A DNA stretch of 61,049 nt, counting the filler. It is 6 parts of 6 records of this genome, joined end to end, with 100 filler letters (N's around TTAATTAATTAA, not from the genome) between each part and the next. Parts side by side here need not be neighbours in the genome. Positions count along the whole stretch, not along the records: positions 1 to 6,436 come from DRR378314_1188; positions 6,537 to 15,156 come from DRR378314_1189; 4 more parts are not named here. One strand, 5' to 3'. Shown one piece after another: positions 1 through 8,667 of the stretch. A program made the position numbers and the translations under genes. The notes under the pieces were generated by a model that was not told the origin of the DNA, ran no database searches, and was given only the letters and a program-made list of their open reading frames with translations. The first letter of the stretch is position 1, and the number at the start of each line of letters is the position of its first letter.

Positions 1-628
1 CGTGATCACTGACCCAGCCCCCCATCATCAAATAGGTGCGCAGCAGGGGCGGCATTTCACGCCAGGCTTTGGCAACATTCGGCGCACGCTGTAATTCCTT
101 TGCAAACTCAAACACCTCCGGTGCCATGATACCGGGTGACCAACACGCGGGCGCAAGGTGGCGGGCCCGTAACAGCGCAAAGCTGTCATGATAAATATCG
201 CTTTCGACACCGGCAAAAGAACTACAGCCAAACAACATCTGTACATCCAGACGGTCCACAACCTCCGTCATTACTGCCCAGGCCAGGCGCAGCACATCGG
301 GATCCCGGCAGGCAGGGGCGATACAAAACCGCCCCAGTTCCAGCATCCGGCCCTCAAATGCCTCTAACTTGGCAAGCCCATAATACTGTGCGGCATAACT
401 CCGCCGCAGCTCGCCCCCCTCCAACAGCTGCAAGCGGTAGCAGCACAGCACTCTGCCCGCCTTGGTGTCTTCGACCAGAATCTGCGTGCTGCGGGCGTTA
501 AAACCATCCCCCTCTGACACAGCGCCCGCACCAAAACACTGGTGTTGCAAGGCGGCAGCCGCTGCGGAATCTGCCTCAGAGACCGCAGGCCGGGCACAGA
601 GTTTGCCTTTGAAAAGCGGTACAATCAC
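1..628 (-). CDS. glsB: GNAT-family aminolipid N-acyltransferase (OlsB/GlsB-like), 3'-truncated by the window edge
   Basis: Absent from the ORF track because it runs off the edge. Manual translation from GTG at 628 (AAGGAGG just upstream) gives ...SYAAQYYGLAKL...MLELGRFCIAP...PDVLRLAW...LFGCSSF...MPPLLRTYLMMGGWVSDH, which are OlsB-family motifs. It lies directly downstream of bamE, the position I recall for Rhodobacteraceae glsB; the symbol rests on that synteny. Confidence 0.8.
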   Translation of the reverse strand, partial: MIVPLFKGKLCARPAVSEADSAAAAALQHQCFGAGAVSEGDGFNARSTQILVEDTKAGRVLCCYRLQLLEGGELRRSYAAQYYGLAKLEAFEGRMLELGRFCIAPACRDPDVLRLAWAVMTEVVDRLDVQMLFGCSSFAGVESDIYHDSFALLRARHLAPACWSPGIMAPEVFEFAKELQRAPNVAKAWREMPPLLRTYLMMGGWVSDH

Positions 629-687
629 GTCCGCCCCCCTCCTTGCAACGCCCATATGCGCAACAAGAAGACGCCGATCATGTTTGC

Positions 688-1173
688 CTAGCTCCCGAAT
701 CCTGTGGGGTTAAACCGTCCGATATTACCCAGAAGCTGGCGCAGGAAGCTGTTGTCGCTGACCGGTGAGGACGTCACGCGGCGCGACAGTGGCACCACTT
801 GCCCGCGTTCCAATCCGAAACGTTCAACGTTCTGAACAATGCCCGCGTCGCTAAAGCTGATCGCAACCACCTGCCGGTCGATTTCCTGCGGGGCCAAGGG
901 CCCGACGGTGCGGGTGCGCATGCGCACATAATAATAGCCCGATGCGTTCAACACGCCTGAGGAGGCCGGCACGCCAACCTTGTCCGCCACTGTTTCGCGG
1001 GTGTCATTGCCCACTTCAATCAGGGCCAGATCCTCTTCCGGGGGGACGTACCCATAATTATTGAACTGTGGGGTGCAGCCTGCAACCCCGATGGCCAAGG
1101 CAAAAACCGCTGCATGAAGGGCGTGACGGCCCGTTCGGCGAGTGATACGCATATTGTCTGCCCTCTTGGCCAT
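688..1173 (-). CDS. bamE: Outer membrane protein assembly factor BamE (SmpA/OmlA lipoprotein)
   Basis: Lipobox (GVAGC), then NYGYVP, GNDTRETVADKVGVPAS, RQVVAISF..G.V.NVERFGL and C-terminal FLRQLLGNIGRF. Start is ATG 1173 or 1152; the ORF-track extension to 1533 overlaps yceD. Confidence 0.92.
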   Translation of the reverse strand: MAKRADNMRITRRTGRHALHAAVFALAIGVAGCTPQFNNYGYVPPEEDLALIEVGNDTRETVADKVGVPASSGVLNASGYYYVRMRTRTVGPLAPQEIDRQVVAISFSDAGIVQNVERFGLERGQVVPLSRRVTSSPVSDNSFLRQLLGNIGRFNPTGFGS

Positions 1174-1243
1174 GGAAGTTCCGGCTTTTATTCCGCATAC
1201 ACCATGCTGCACCTTGTGTTCAAGAAACGAAAGTAGACCAGAT

Positions 1244-1795
1244 ATGGCGCAACTCCCTCCAAGCGACACTGCACTGCGCGTAGCAGAGCTGTCACAGACT
1301 GCCGAAAACACTTTTGCCCTGCGTCCTGATGCCGAAGCGTTAAAGGAAATTGCGGCGGAACTTGGCTTTGAAACCCTGCGCAAACTGTCCTTTTCAGGAC
1401 GCATTATTCCTCTGGCCGGCAAGGATTGGACGTTGGAAGGGCGATTGGGTGCCACGGTCGTGCAGCCCTGTGTTGTCACGCTTGAACCGGTGATGACGCG
1501 GGTTGACACTGATGTGACCCGCCATTTCCTCAATACTTTTTCCTACCCGGATGAACCCGAGGTAGAAATGCCCGAGGATGACACCTCAGAACCTTTGGGC
1601 AGCTGGATTGATCCCGGCATGGTGATGCGCGAAGCGCTGGCACTGGCCGCGCCCGACTATCCGCGCAAGGATGACGCCGAACTGGGCCAGCTGGTCTATA
1701 CCAAACCCGGTGAGACCCCGATGACGGATGAGGACGCCCGCCCCTTTGCCGGGCTGGCCGATTTCAAAAGCAAACTGGAAAGGGACGGTCACTGA
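1244..1795 (+). CDS. yceD: DUF177/YceD family protein
   Basis: VVQPCVVTLEPV, IDPGMVMREALALAAPDYPRK and RPFAGLA motifs; canonical position before rpmF-plsX. Start assigned at ATG 1244. Confidence 0.9.
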   Translation: MAQLPPSDTALRVAELSQTAENTFALRPDAEALKEIAAELGFETLRKLSFSGRIIPLAGKDWTLEGRLGATVVQPCVVTLEPVMTRVDTDVTRHFLNTFSYPDEPEVEMPEDDTSEPLGSWIDPGMVMREALALAAPDYPRKDDAELGQLVYTKPGETPMTDEDARPFAGLADFKSKLERDGH

Positions 1796-2012
1796 CCAGA
1801 GTGCCATCAGCGGTGGAATCCCTCTTGCGCCCGCGCGTTTTCGCAGTATTTTGCCGCTCTCACTCCAATTAGGCCCGACCTATCCTAATTAAGGTTGGAC
1901 ATCACCCGCCGCTTTGCCTAAAGCGGCGACACGCCCGATCCGGGGTAAATAGAAACACGGGGCTTGGTCAGCGCATTGTGACCCCGCCCCCCGAATGACA
2001 AAGGCACCAGTC

Positions 2013-2219
2013 ATGGCTGTCCAGCAGAATAAAGTTTCCAAGTCACGCCGCAACAACCGCCGTGCACATGATTCGCTTACCGCAGCGAACCCAGATGAAT
2101 GTTCCAACTGTGGTGAGCTGAAGCGCCCACACCACATTTGTGCGTCTTGCGGTCACTATGACGAAAAAGAAATCGTCGCACTGACAGAAGAAGTCGACCT
2201 GGAAGACGACGCAGCCTAA
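2013..2219 (+). CDS. rpmF: 50S ribosomal protein L32 (zinc-ribbon form)
   Basis: [20 protein letters not shown]...CSNCG...[10 protein letters not shown]; start at ATG 2013. Confidence 0.97.
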   Translation: MAVQQNKVSKSRRNNRRAHDSLTAANPDECSNCGELKRPHHICASCGHYDEKEIVALTEEVDLEDDAA

Positions 2220-2263
2220 GCTGGGCCATCGTTCATTCAGATCATAAGGGGGCACGCGCATCC

Positions 2264-3370
2264 GTGACGGCACCGACCGATCATATTGACGCGGCGACCC
2301 CTGCCCAGTCAGATGGGGCCCTTTTCAAGGGGCGCACTCTCATATCCGTGGATGCCATGGGGGGTGACGAAGGCCCGGCAGCAGTTGTTGCCGGGTGCTC
2401 TTTGTCTGCCAAGATAAATCCCGATATTGCCTTTATTCTTCACGGGGATGCAGCCCAGCTGAAGCCTCTGGTCGAGCGCGACAGCCACCTTCAGGGGCGC
2501 TGTGACATCCGCCATGCCGAAGGCGTGGTCAGCATGGATGACAAACCCAGTCATGTCGTGCGCACCGGCAAGGACACCTCGATGTGGGCCACAGTGGAAT
2601 CTGTGCGCTCTGGCGAATCTGCTGTGGCGGTCTCCTGTGGCAACACCGGCGCCCTGATGGCGATCTCGACGATCCGGCTGCGCAAGCTGCCCGGCGTCAA
2701 CCGTCCGGCCATTGCTGTGCTCTACCCGTCCGCAAACAAACACGGGTTCAACGTGATGTTGGATGTGGGCGCGGACATCCGCGCCGACGCCGAAGATCTT
2801 TTGCGTTTTGCCCTGATGGGTGCCTCCTATGCCCGCAACGGCATGAACCTGCCCAAGCCGCGGGTTGGCTTGCTGAATGTCGGCACAGAGGAACACAAGG
2901 GGCGTTCGGAACTCAAAGAGGCCTATGATCTGATTCGCGCTCAGGAAAGCGAAGTTGGCTTTGATTTTGTCGGCTTCGTCGAAGGCGGCGATATTTCCGG
3001 CAATAAGGTTGATGTGATCGTGACCGACGGTTTTACCGGCAATGTCGCAATCAAAACCGGTGAAGGCACCGCCAAGCTGATCGGCATTCGCCTGCGCGAA
3101 GCTTTCAAATACTCCATCCTGTCCAAACTCGCATCACTGCTGGCCTATACGTCTTTGCGCCGGCTCAGCACCAAGATCGATCCCCGTCGCGTCAATGGCG
3201 GGGTCTTTCTGGGTTTGAACGGCACGGTTGTTAAATCACATGGATCCGCAGATGCCACTGGCGTCTCGGCAGCAATCAAACTGGCAGCGCAATTGGCCCA
3301 GAACCAGTTCAACGATAGATTGGCCGCCCGCATTGCCGCCATCCTACCGGTCGAGGAGACCCCAGAATGA
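2264..3370 (+). CDS. plsX: Phosphate acyltransferase PlsX
   Basis: ISVDAMGGDEGP, SCGNTGALM, LLNVGTEEHKG, DVIVTDGFTGNV and VVKSHGS motifs. Confidence 0.97.
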   Translation: MTAPTDHIDAATPAQSDGALFKGRTLISVDAMGGDEGPAAVVAGCSLSAKINPDIAFILHGDAAQLKPLVERDSHLQGRCDIRHAEGVVSMDDKPSHVVRTGKDTSMWATVESVRSGESAVAVSCGNTGALMAISTIRLRKLPGVNRPAIAVLYPSANKHGFNVMLDVGADIRADAEDLLRFALMGASYARNGMNLPKPRVGLLNVGTEEHKGRSELKEAYDLIRAQESEVGFDFVGFVEGGDISGNKVDVIVTDGFTGNVAIKTGEGTAKLIGIRLREAFKYSILSKLASLLAYTSLRRLSTKIDPRRVNGGVFLGLNGTVVKSHGSADATGVSAAIKLAAQLAQNQFNDRLAARIAAILPVEETPE

Positions 3371-4338
3371 CCACCCGCGCTGTTGTGATTGGCTGTGGGC
3401 ATTACCTGCCCTCCCGCGTGGTAGAAAACGCTGAATTCGAGGCAACACTCGACACCAATGACGAATGGATTCGTTCGCGCTCAGGCATTGAACGCCGCCA
3501 TTTTGCCTCTGAGGGGGAAACAACATCCTCCATGGCCACCGCCGCAGCCAAAGCTGCGTTGAAAGATGCGGGGCTGGAAGCGGATGACGTGGATGCCATT
3601 GTGCTGGCCACATCGACCGCCGATTTCACCTTTCCCTCTGCGGCCACGATGGTGCAGGATCAATTGGGCATGACACGCGGCTATGCCTTTGATGTGCAAG
3701 CGGTTTGTGCTGGGTTTGTCTTTGCTCTCAGCAATGCGAATGCGCTGATTGCCTCGGGTCAGGCCAAGCGGGTGATGGTCATCGGGGCCGAGACCTTTAG
3801 CAAAATCATGGATTGGACCGACCGCAGCACCTGTGTGCTGTTTGGCGATGGGGCTGGTGCTGTATTGCTTGAGGCGCAGGAAGGTGCAGGAGATGCAACC
3901 GATCGCGGTATTCTTGCCACGGACCTGAATTCCGACGGGCGCCACCGCGAATTGCTTTATGTCGACGGCGGGGTCAGCACCGGCACAACCGGCTATCTGC
4001 GCATGCAGGGCAATCAGGTGTTCCGCCACGCGGTTGGCAAACTCGCCTCTACGGCCACCACAGCCATGGAACGCGCTGGCGTTGCTGCACAGGAGGTGGA
4101 CTGGATCGTGCCGCATCAGGCCAACATCCGCATCATTCAAGGCACCGCCAAAAAACTGGGCCTGCCGATGGAGAAGGTTGTGGTCACGGTTCAGGATCAC
4201 GGTAATACCTCTGCCGCCTCGATCCCGCTGGCCCTTTCGGTGGGCCGCACACGTGGACAGATTAAACCCGGCGATCTGATCGTGACCGAAGCCATCGGTG
4301 GCGGTCTGGCCTGGGGCGCGGTTGTCCTGCGTTGGTAA
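3367..4338 (+). CDS. fabH: Beta-ketoacyl-ACP synthase III
   Basis: AVCAGF (catalytic Cys), PHQANIRI, HGNTSAASIP and GGGLAWG; 4-nt ATGA overlap with plsX. Confidence 0.97.
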   Translation: MTTRAVVIGCGHYLPSRVVENAEFEATLDTNDEWIRSRSGIERRHFASEGETTSSMATAAAKAALKDAGLEADDVDAIVLATSTADFTFPSAATMVQDQLGMTRGYAFDVQAVCAGFVFALSNANALIASGQAKRVMVIGAETFSKIMDWTDRSTCVLFGDGAGAVLLEAQEGAGDATDRGILATDLNSDGRHRELLYVDGGVSTGTTGYLRMQGNQVFRHAVGKLASTATTAMERAGVAAQEVDWIVPHQANIRIIQGTAKKLGLPMEKVVVTVQDHGNTSAASIPLALSVGRTRGQIKPGDLIVTEAIGGGLAWGAVVLRW

Positions 4339-4367
4339 CTGGGAACAGCTGCCTAAAGACGCCTGTC

Positions 4368-4410
4368 CAAGTCATTGATATTGACTCTTAAATTTGCCCG
4401 CCGTTATGGT
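4368..4410 (+). promoter_or_regulatory. Putative sigma70 promoter of ihfA with an abutting IHF box
   Basis: TTGACT (4381-4386), 18 nt, TATGGT (4405-4410). CAAGTCATTGATA (4368-4380) is the reverse complement of the IHF consensus WATCAANNNNTTR. Confidence 0.6.
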
Positions 4411-4433
4411 GACCAAAACCCGGGGGAAGATGA

Positions 4434-4736
4434 ATGGCGAATAAAACCTTGACGCGTATGGACCTGAGCGAAGCGGTTTTCCGCGAAGTGGGTCTGTCCC
4501 GCAATGAAAGCGCACAACTGGTCGAATCAGTGTTGGACCATATGTCCGACGCGCTGGTTGCCGGTGATCAGGTCAAGATTTCATCTTTTGGGACCTTCTC
4601 TGTCCGTGACAAAACAGCCCGCGTCGGCCGTAATCCCAAGACTGGCGAAGAGGTGCCGATCAACCCGCGCCGTGTGCTGACATTCCGTCCTTCGCACCTG
4701 ATGAAAGACCGGGTCGCGGACGGCAACAAGTCCTGA
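4434..4736 (+). CDS. ihfA: Integration host factor subunit alpha
   Basis: [20 protein letters not shown] and [24 protein letters not shown]. Confidence 0.97.
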   Translation: MANKTLTRMDLSEAVFREVGLSRNESAQLVESVLDHMSDALVAGDQVKISSFGTFSVRDKTARVGRNPKTGEEVPINPRRVLTFRPSHLMKDRVADGNKS

Positions 4737-4740
4737 TCCC

Positions 4741-6342
4741 ATGCCCAAGTCTGCGGATGCCTTTCGCACCATTTCCGAAGTTGCCCAATGGCTGGGTATT
4801 CAGGCCCATGTGCTGCGCTTTTGGGAAAGCAAGTTCACTCAGGTAAGACCTGTGAAACGGGCTGGCGGGCGCCGGTATTACCGTCCCAACGACATGTTGC
4901 TGCTTGGCGGGATCAGGCAGCTTTTGCACGAGGACGGCCTGACCATTAAAGGTGTGCAGAAAATCCTGCGCGAAGAGGGCATGACCCATGTGGCCAGCCT
5001 GTCCCAACCATTGGACGAGCTGACCCAATCGCTGCTGGAAGAAACTCCTGCCTCCCCCTTTGTTGATGTGCCCGCAGCAGCTCAGGAAGAAACCGGCGTT
5101 GTGCTGAGCTTTGACCAGAAGCAGGCGCAGCCCAAGGGAGACGCGCCCGATGCGCCAGCGCCAACAGAGGTTTCCGTGAACATAGACGAAAAGGCGGACG
5201 CACAGGGGGATGCCATCACCGATCCTGGTCCCGCAGCAGAGGTGGTGACAGAGCCATCGCAGATGGTCGACGAGGAGACGGCAAAGTCAACCGCACCAGA
5301 GGCTCCGCCCGTCCCTGCCTCCGACCCCGCCGCCACCGCGACAGAAACCGCCGATTCTGATGCGCCCATAGCAGCGCCAGAACCTGCTGAGGCAGACCCA
5401 ACCCCTACTGACATAGAACCCGTGTTTACCGGCCAAGATGTCACGCCCTCCCTTGCCGCCGCACAGTCGGATCAGACCAGTGATGCGGCCAGCGCGGAAG
5501 ATGCCTCCCCCACGGTAGACGCAGCTCCTACAGAGCCAGCTTTGTCAGAGACCGCATCCGAAGCACCCGCCAGCACTTCGCAAGAAGCCGCACAGTCCAA
5601 AACCGTCGAAGAGCCTGCGCCACAGGAACAAACGCCAGCGGTTGAAACAGCCGAGCAGGACGTGCCTGCCACCGCCCCCGAGGAAACACCGGAACCGCCT
5701 GAACCCTTCGACCCCACACCCGTGAACCCGAATATCCCGATTGCCGAGCCCGCCCCGATCCCGCGGCCAAAGCCGGATTTCGAAAAAACGCCGTTGGTAT
5801 CGGATGAACCCGAAAACACAGCACCAGTTCAGGCCACGTCAGATGCAGATCCGGTCGAATCACCCGCCCCTACACCGGTAGAGGAACCGACAGCCGTTGA
5901 TGCACCGCGCACAGAGCCAGACCAACCCGAGGGCGAAGCCGCTGGCGAAGATGGCGCATCCGCCAATCTGCCGGCCTTCCTGCGGCGGCCAATGGCGGAT
6001 CAGCCTGCCACAACCCTCGATAATCCGCCTGCGGAGACCGCGGAAACAAATGATGCTGCCGAGGAAATAGAACCCCCGGTCGAGGACACGGCACCCGCCG
6101 AATCCGCCCCGCCTCCTGCCCCCAAGCCGCGCATCATCGACCTGCCCAGCTTGACGCCGGAACATGAAATTGCCGCCACACCTGCCATTCTGACCGCCGC
6201 CTTTCGCAGCAGGCAGATCAACACCGCACAGGCGCGTAAACTAGCTCCCCTGCTGGAAAAGCTGACAGTGCTGCGCGATTCCATGGCGGCAACACGAAGC
6301 GGTGCCACACAGACAGGTGCCCCCACACCGTCAAACGACTAA
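4741..6342 (+). CDS. MerR-type HTH protein (ZapT-like) with a long acidic Pro/Ala/Thr linker and C-terminal helix
   Basis: N-terminus [15 protein letters not shown]...[25 protein letters not shown]...GLTIKGVQK; residues ~110-460 are low complexity; C-terminal [16 protein letters not shown] helix. Lies between ihfA and tRNA-Pro. Confidence 0.85.
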   Translation: MPKSADAFRTISEVAQWLGIQAHVLRFWESKFTQVRPVKRAGGRRYYRPNDMLLLGGIRQLLHEDGLTIKGVQKILREEGMTHVASLSQPLDELTQSLLEETPASPFVDVPAAAQEETGVVLSFDQKQAQPKGDAPDAPAPTEVSVNIDEKADAQGDAITDPGPAAEVVTEPSQMVDEETAKSTAPEAPPVPASDPAATATETADSDAPIAAPEPAEADPTPTDIEPVFTGQDVTPSLAAAQSDQTSDAASAEDASPTVDAAPTEPALSETASEAPASTSQEAAQSKTVEEPAPQEQTPAVETAEQDVPATAPEETPEPPEPFDPTPVNPNIPIAEPAPIPRPKPDFEKTPLVSDEPENTAPVQATSDADPVESPAPTPVEEPTAVDAPRTEPDQPEGEAAGEDGASANLPAFLRRPMADQPATTLDNPPAETAETNDAAEEIEPPVEDTAPAESAPPPAPKPRIIDLPSLTPEHEIAATPAILTAAFRSRQINTAQARKLAPLLEKLTVLRDSMAATRSGATQTGAPTPSND

Positions 6343-6408
6343 ACCGGTGCAGTTCATGCGACTTCGCTCTTGCACGCCTGCAAAGATCAGGTATGAACGC
6401 CCACATGT

Positions 6409-6436
6409 CGGGCTATGGCGCAGCCTGGTAGCGCGT
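6409..6436 (+). tRNA. tRNA-Pro, 5' fragment cut by the contig end
   Basis: CGGGCTATGGCGCAGCCTGGTAGCGCGT is the acceptor 5' strand plus the D-arm typical of bacterial tRNA-Pro. The anticodon is not in the sequence. Confidence 0.8.
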
Positions 6437-6536
6437 NNNNNNNNNNNNNNNNNNNNNNNNNNNNNNNNNNNNNNNNNNNNTTAATTAATTAANNNNNNNN
6501 NNNNNNNNNNNNNNNNNNNNNNNNNNNNNNNNNNNN
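6437..6536. other. Artificial contig spacer (bacterial contig | eukaryotic contig)
   Basis: 44 N + TTAATTAATTAA (stop codons in all six frames) + 44 N. Confidence 0.99.
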
Positions 6537-6652
6537 AGCAGTACAGAAACGGAGAACGCTCCGCAGCGCGGCCACGTTTTCGTACATTTCTGTCTGATCC
6601 GACACTGTGGCTCAGCATGTCGTTCCTTTTCCGCTTGTGGTAAACGATGTAG

Positions 6653-8322
6653 GCTGTATTTTAGTGGCAGTCTTGACCGTGTCTCAGTGGAGTGGTCGTC
6701 GAAGCGCATGACCATGTGCGCAGGCGTGTGCGTTTGCGAAGGCAGGAACGCAGCCTGCCGCATCCGGCTCTCGCAGCCGCTGCTGCAATTCCGCCCAGCG
6801 CGAGATTTGAAGGACACTCTCTTGGTACGCCCTCTTTGGCATTCATCGTTGATGAATGAGCCTGCTTCGCGTTGTTTTTCGCACGACAATCGCGACGAAA
6901 AAGCGGCATTCTGCGGCATGCAGCGAAAGAGCCAGGGCGGTTGATACGGGAGGTTGCCGAGCTCCCTTGCCACGTCAGAAGCAAGTGAGCGGTGGCCAAC
7001 GTAACGACAGAGAGTGCTACGTTCCTCTGTGTGTGGCGGGCTGCGTAGAGATGCGCAGTAGCTCTGGCACTCTCTTTATTGGACATGTGATCAAGCTGTT
7101 GCATAATCGAACTGTCAATCTTGAATGCGACCGACTGCGAACGTGCAGCACGAGATGATCCACGCCTTCCTGTTCCTGTCTGGAGGTCCTCGCGACCACG
7201 ACGACCACGGGCCGCGGTTTCAGGAGCATATGCACCGCATCAATCGCTCGTCTGCCGGCGATATATACCGACCCACGGGCGGGTATCGCATCACTATATA
7301 TCATACATTTCATGATGAAGTTGATCATTTTCGAGTCCATGCATGGAAGGTTCGTACCTAGGGCGCATCGGCTTCCTGCAGCTACAGTCGGGCGAGGTGC
7401 AGAGCGTCAGCACTAATTTTCTCCTTGCGCGCCTGCTCCGCTCTCCCCGATCGCAGTGCGGGCGCTGCGGGCACGAGGTGAAAAGGGCAATGAACCGACC
7501 CCCAAGTGGCAGGGATTGCCCACTGTACCGCAAAGCTACCGGCATACCTCCTGCGTCGCGCTGCCATCGGCGAGACTGTGCGTGGCATCGACACGAGGTG
7601 CGTGTACGCGTTTTGCTTTGGCCTGCATAGAATGCCGCTTGTCGTGTTCCTGCCCTCTATCCACATTTCGCTACAGCTGTGCAGCCTTCGCTCCTCACAC
7701 CCGCAACACACCGGAGTGAAAAAAAAATACCTCTATGTCGTTGGGTGGTGCAATTGTATGCACACCCTGCATTGCGTTTGAATGAGTGGGTACGAAGTCT
7801 GTCTGCGCAGTGGTACGCACGGCCCCTTGCGTCGTATTGTTTTGTCTGTCGACCTGGAACGGATAGTTCTCCTGAGCACTTTACCTTGTGCGCCCCCCGT
7901 GTGCCGCTCTTTTCTCGCAGGCGTCATGCGGAGGCACGTTTGTGAAAACACAGGGGCCGCAGAGGAATGAAAAGCGCCGACGCACGAAAGCGGAAAGCTC
8001 TACTTCAATCACAGCGTATTTCCCTGGGCAGGGCCACAGATTGGGGGGAAGGGACGGCGACTCTCGCTGTGGCAGCACGGCACAGGAAGACGCCCGCTCG
8101 GCCTCCGACGGCGTACAGCGCTCTTCTCGGGTCGACCACTCGGCTGACATTGAGATCATCTCTATTGATGACGATTCCGAGAATGATCCTCCACGGGACA
8201 CGCCTTCAAAGTCGGAGCAGAGGATAACTGCACACGTGTGCCCTGTGTGCGGACTTCCTGCGCCAGATGACAATGCTGCTCTCAACGCGCATATCGACTC
8301 GTGCCTCCAAAGAGGCGAATGA
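6653..8322 (+). CDS. SPRTN: Spartan/SPRTN (DVC1) DNA-protein crosslink protease, spliced, 5'-partial
   Basis: Exons 6653-6824, 7149-7349, 7457-7597 and 7921-8322 with GT-AG introns in consistent phase. Product: VEWSSKRMTMCAGVC...IRLSQPLLQFRPARDLKDTLL|HEMIHAFLF...HGPRFQEHMHRIN...ITIYHTFHDEVD, Zn-binding VKRAMNRPP...HE|ASCGGTFVK, SHP box FPGQGHRLGG, terminal UBZ CPVC...LNAHIDSCL. Confidence 0.93.
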
Positions 8323-8667
8323 AACCTCCTGTATTCATACCGACCCTGCTCGTGGCTTGCTTGTCCTACGTCAATACAAATGCTGTAGCCCAGTGCGCAC
8401 GCTGCTGCACACCTCGGTTCCACTATGGGTTCAACAGATTCAGCACGGCCGGCAAACGAAAAGTAAAAGAGTAACATCAAAACGAATCGAATCGTATTGG
8501 CGTTCGAGCCACGGATGCGGATGCCGCACGATGTTGGCAGCCGCACGCCTGGAATCCCACAACCACACATGGCCATTTGCATCATAGAGAACGTGTACTT
8601 GTCGCCTACACGCACCCAACACCCACCGGCAGCGTATACAGGACGGCAAACGCTTAGTACAGAGGAG

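Noticed and set aside
1174..1533. N-terminal extension of bamE to 281 aa (and the similar extension of yceD)
   Set aside because: It is antisense to yceD; the lipoprotein signal places the start at 1173 or 1152.
6437..6536. TTAATTAATTAA repeated five times as a biological repeat, PacI site or att site
   Set aside because: Always centred in exactly 44+44 N. It is a six-frame-stop linker added during concatenation.
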